A stretch of DNA of 63,956 nucleotides, the filler included, from Reticulomyxa filosa (taxonomy: Eukaryota; Protista; Foraminifera), in NCBI GenBank assembly GCA_000512085.1. It is 25 parts of 25 records of this genome, joined end to end, with 100 filler letters (N's around TTAATTAATTAA, not from the genome) between each part and the next. Parts side by side here need not be neighbours in the genome. Positions count along the whole stretch, not along the records: positions 60,220 to 63,956 come from ASPP01025520.1; 24 more parts are not named here. One strand, given 5' to 3'. The position numbers were made by a program, and so were the translations under genes. Positions 61,936 to 63,956 of the stretch are shown piece by piece; the first letter of the stretch is position 1; the number at the start of each line of letters is the position of its first letter. The notes under the pieces were generated by a model that worked only from the letters and a program-made list of their open reading frames with translations, searched no databases and was not told the origin of the DNA.

Positions 61936-63956
61936 CTTGTGAAGTGTAATCTTAAATTTCAATGATAGTCAACCACAAATATTACAAAATCAAATTTTCT
62001 TTTTGAAAGGACGTATCAAATGCGTTTGGCTATTTCAAGTCTCTTCATAAACATTATTTTTCAGATGCTAGTAACACAAAACAAAGAGTTATTATTTTTG
62101 CAATCACAAAAACATTATCTATAAACAATCTTTTAAATTAAAAAAAGTGCTATGCATGTGCTTTTTTCTGTGCATTGGTCATTTGTTTATATAATTATTT
62201 TTTGAATCAATTTTATTGATTCAATTAAAAATCTCAAACATCAATCGAAGTATAAAAGTTTGTAAATGATATTTTCGACATTAAGATATTATTTTAAATC
62301 AAATTGTTGGTATTTATTGTTGTTCATCAGTAACACTTTTTTAAAATAATAATATTTATAATTAATAAGTTTTTTATTTTCTTAAAAAATGAAATACCGA
62401 AAAATGTTCAAAAAGCAAAATAAAAATAAAATTTCAATGATGAAACATAATTATGACTGTTGATGTATTTATCATTAAGGCGAGCTCATAATTGTCATGT
62501 CTAAAAATAATATAATGTTTTTTATCACTTTTGCTTCAATCACAGTTAAAAAATGCATTGGGATATTGATATGTGTTTTGCAAAATAATTTTTGCAATAG
62601 TTTTATTTATTTATGACATTAATACAAAAATGCAAAAATAAAGAAATGAAAAGTTACAAGCAAAACAAATCTTGATAATAAAATAATGTTGTGATAAAGA
62701 AATTTTCAAACAAAAAAGGACAAAAATTAAAATTTATTCATCATATAATTTGATTATTTCCAAATAGGAACTCAAAACATTGGATCAATTTCTTCATTTG
62801 AAACATTCAAAATAAAAATATACCTGGTCTTATCTAGATAATATTATATCAATTAGCATTCTAAAATTTAATGACAGAAAATAATGGATAAAATATAAAT
62901 AAACTTTACCTTTTATGTTAAGCAACTATGTAATGAAAAGATGATATTTAATCATTTGGTTAGTTATTTACATTGAATGAAAAGTACTTGAATATAATCC
63001 AATTATTAATTTGAAGAAGTATAAAAATTAGAAGATATATCTTCAATAATTTAGACTAACAATCAATTAATATGCAAGGCTATTCTTTATTCAAATGATA
63101 ATTTATTTCTTGTTCATATTATTTTAAATCAGCAATATTTCGGACAGAATTATAACTATCGTAAGAAATTGAATAATAGTTCTTTGATGATAGTAAGTCT
63201 AGATGAAACTCTATATGCAAAGTCCACTTGTAAAGATATTGTACTTCATTTGATAGGCATTTTGATGGTAATTTAATTATTTTCTTTCAAAAATCAATAT
63301 ACTTTTATTTGAATATAATTATTAACAAAAAGTTATTCTATCATCCTTTTTTTAATTGTTTTGACATTGATTTGTTCATTATTCTTTGTTTTGATGGACA
63401 CTGGCCAATTGTCCATCGAATGAAGTACTTGAAAATCATCCAAGTGTAGACTCCCTTAATTACTTAAAAACTCTTTCAAACGACCAAAAAATTAAATAAA
63501 TTTCTTTTTTGAACCGCCTTTCGCAAAATTATTTTGGTGTGACAAAATTATCGTTTTTGTTTTCTCCATCAAATATTGGGGTAAAAAACCTTTTTTTTAA
63601 GAAAAAAGTCATCAAAACATTTGTTTTATATTCTATTTTTAATTGATGCACACGTCCGAAAATGGATAAATTATCTTTTTTTGAAATCCGAAAAACGCTT
63701 TTGTTAAAAATGTATGTTTCATATGATGTCACTTTTTTTTAACTATTCAAAAGAATTTTGTAATATAATAGCTTATGATAATCAATTTTAGAAAAATGTC
63801 AAAATTCCTTTTTTTTTTTTATGCACGTGATCAAGAATTAAAAAACTGTACGTCTTATAAAAAAATTTGTTTTTATGACTTTTTAAAAATCAACTAATAC
63901 AAAATCTATATCATTCGCAGCCACGTGTTTGTTTGCTTCAAGAATTTTTTTAGTAT

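Noticed and set aside
62100-63956. Faint gene-like fragments in the AT-rich tail of the last contig
   Set aside because: No motif long enough to assign; probably heavily decayed relics.
1-63956. Prokaryotic features (operons, CRISPR arrays, IS elements) and rRNA/tRNA genes
   Set aside because: None seen by eye; the sequence is eukaryotic with spliceosomal introns. tRNAscan-SE/Infernal would be needed to exclude small RNA genes.

Overview
This is not one continuous locus. It is 25 short, unordered contigs of an AT-rich, intron-containing eukaryotic genome, joined by artificial 100-nt spacers (N44-TTAATTAATTAA-N44), so gene neighbourhoods only mean something within a contig. The gene-family signatures (WD40 family with an N-terminal GWIxxFDKIVxxY motif, TRAF-type Zn fingers, caspase-like and NACHT families, poly-A/T and (AT)n introns, many pseudogenes) point to a foraminiferan, probably Reticulomyxa filosa; this is inference. 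Recognisable genes, many truncated by contig ends, are GNS-like sulfatase, mitochondrial ClpB/Hsp78 with upstream heat-shock elements, kintoun/DNAAF2, ESF2/ABT1, a GYF-domain protein, three kinase genes or fragments, SAM50, TIM50, a zf-4CXXC_R1 protein, an ankyrin+F-box protein, SWEET, a C2H2 Zn-finger protein, PIP5K, a multi-TM protein, a CAP-Gly protein and a LINE RT relic. The main finding is a lamin-like gene (56519-58627, minus strand) invisible in the ORF track. Manual splicing gives a coiled-coil rod, an IF-type rod end, an SP site, an NLS, a lamin-tail-like domain and a 27-nt last exon encoding the CaaX box CFVM. Other highlights: parts of a possible NLR/apoptosome-like immune toolkit (NACHT, caspase-like, WD40, TRAF) showing rapid gene birth and death, a recurring G-to-A lesion pattern in relics, and a ~120-nt foldback hairpin.
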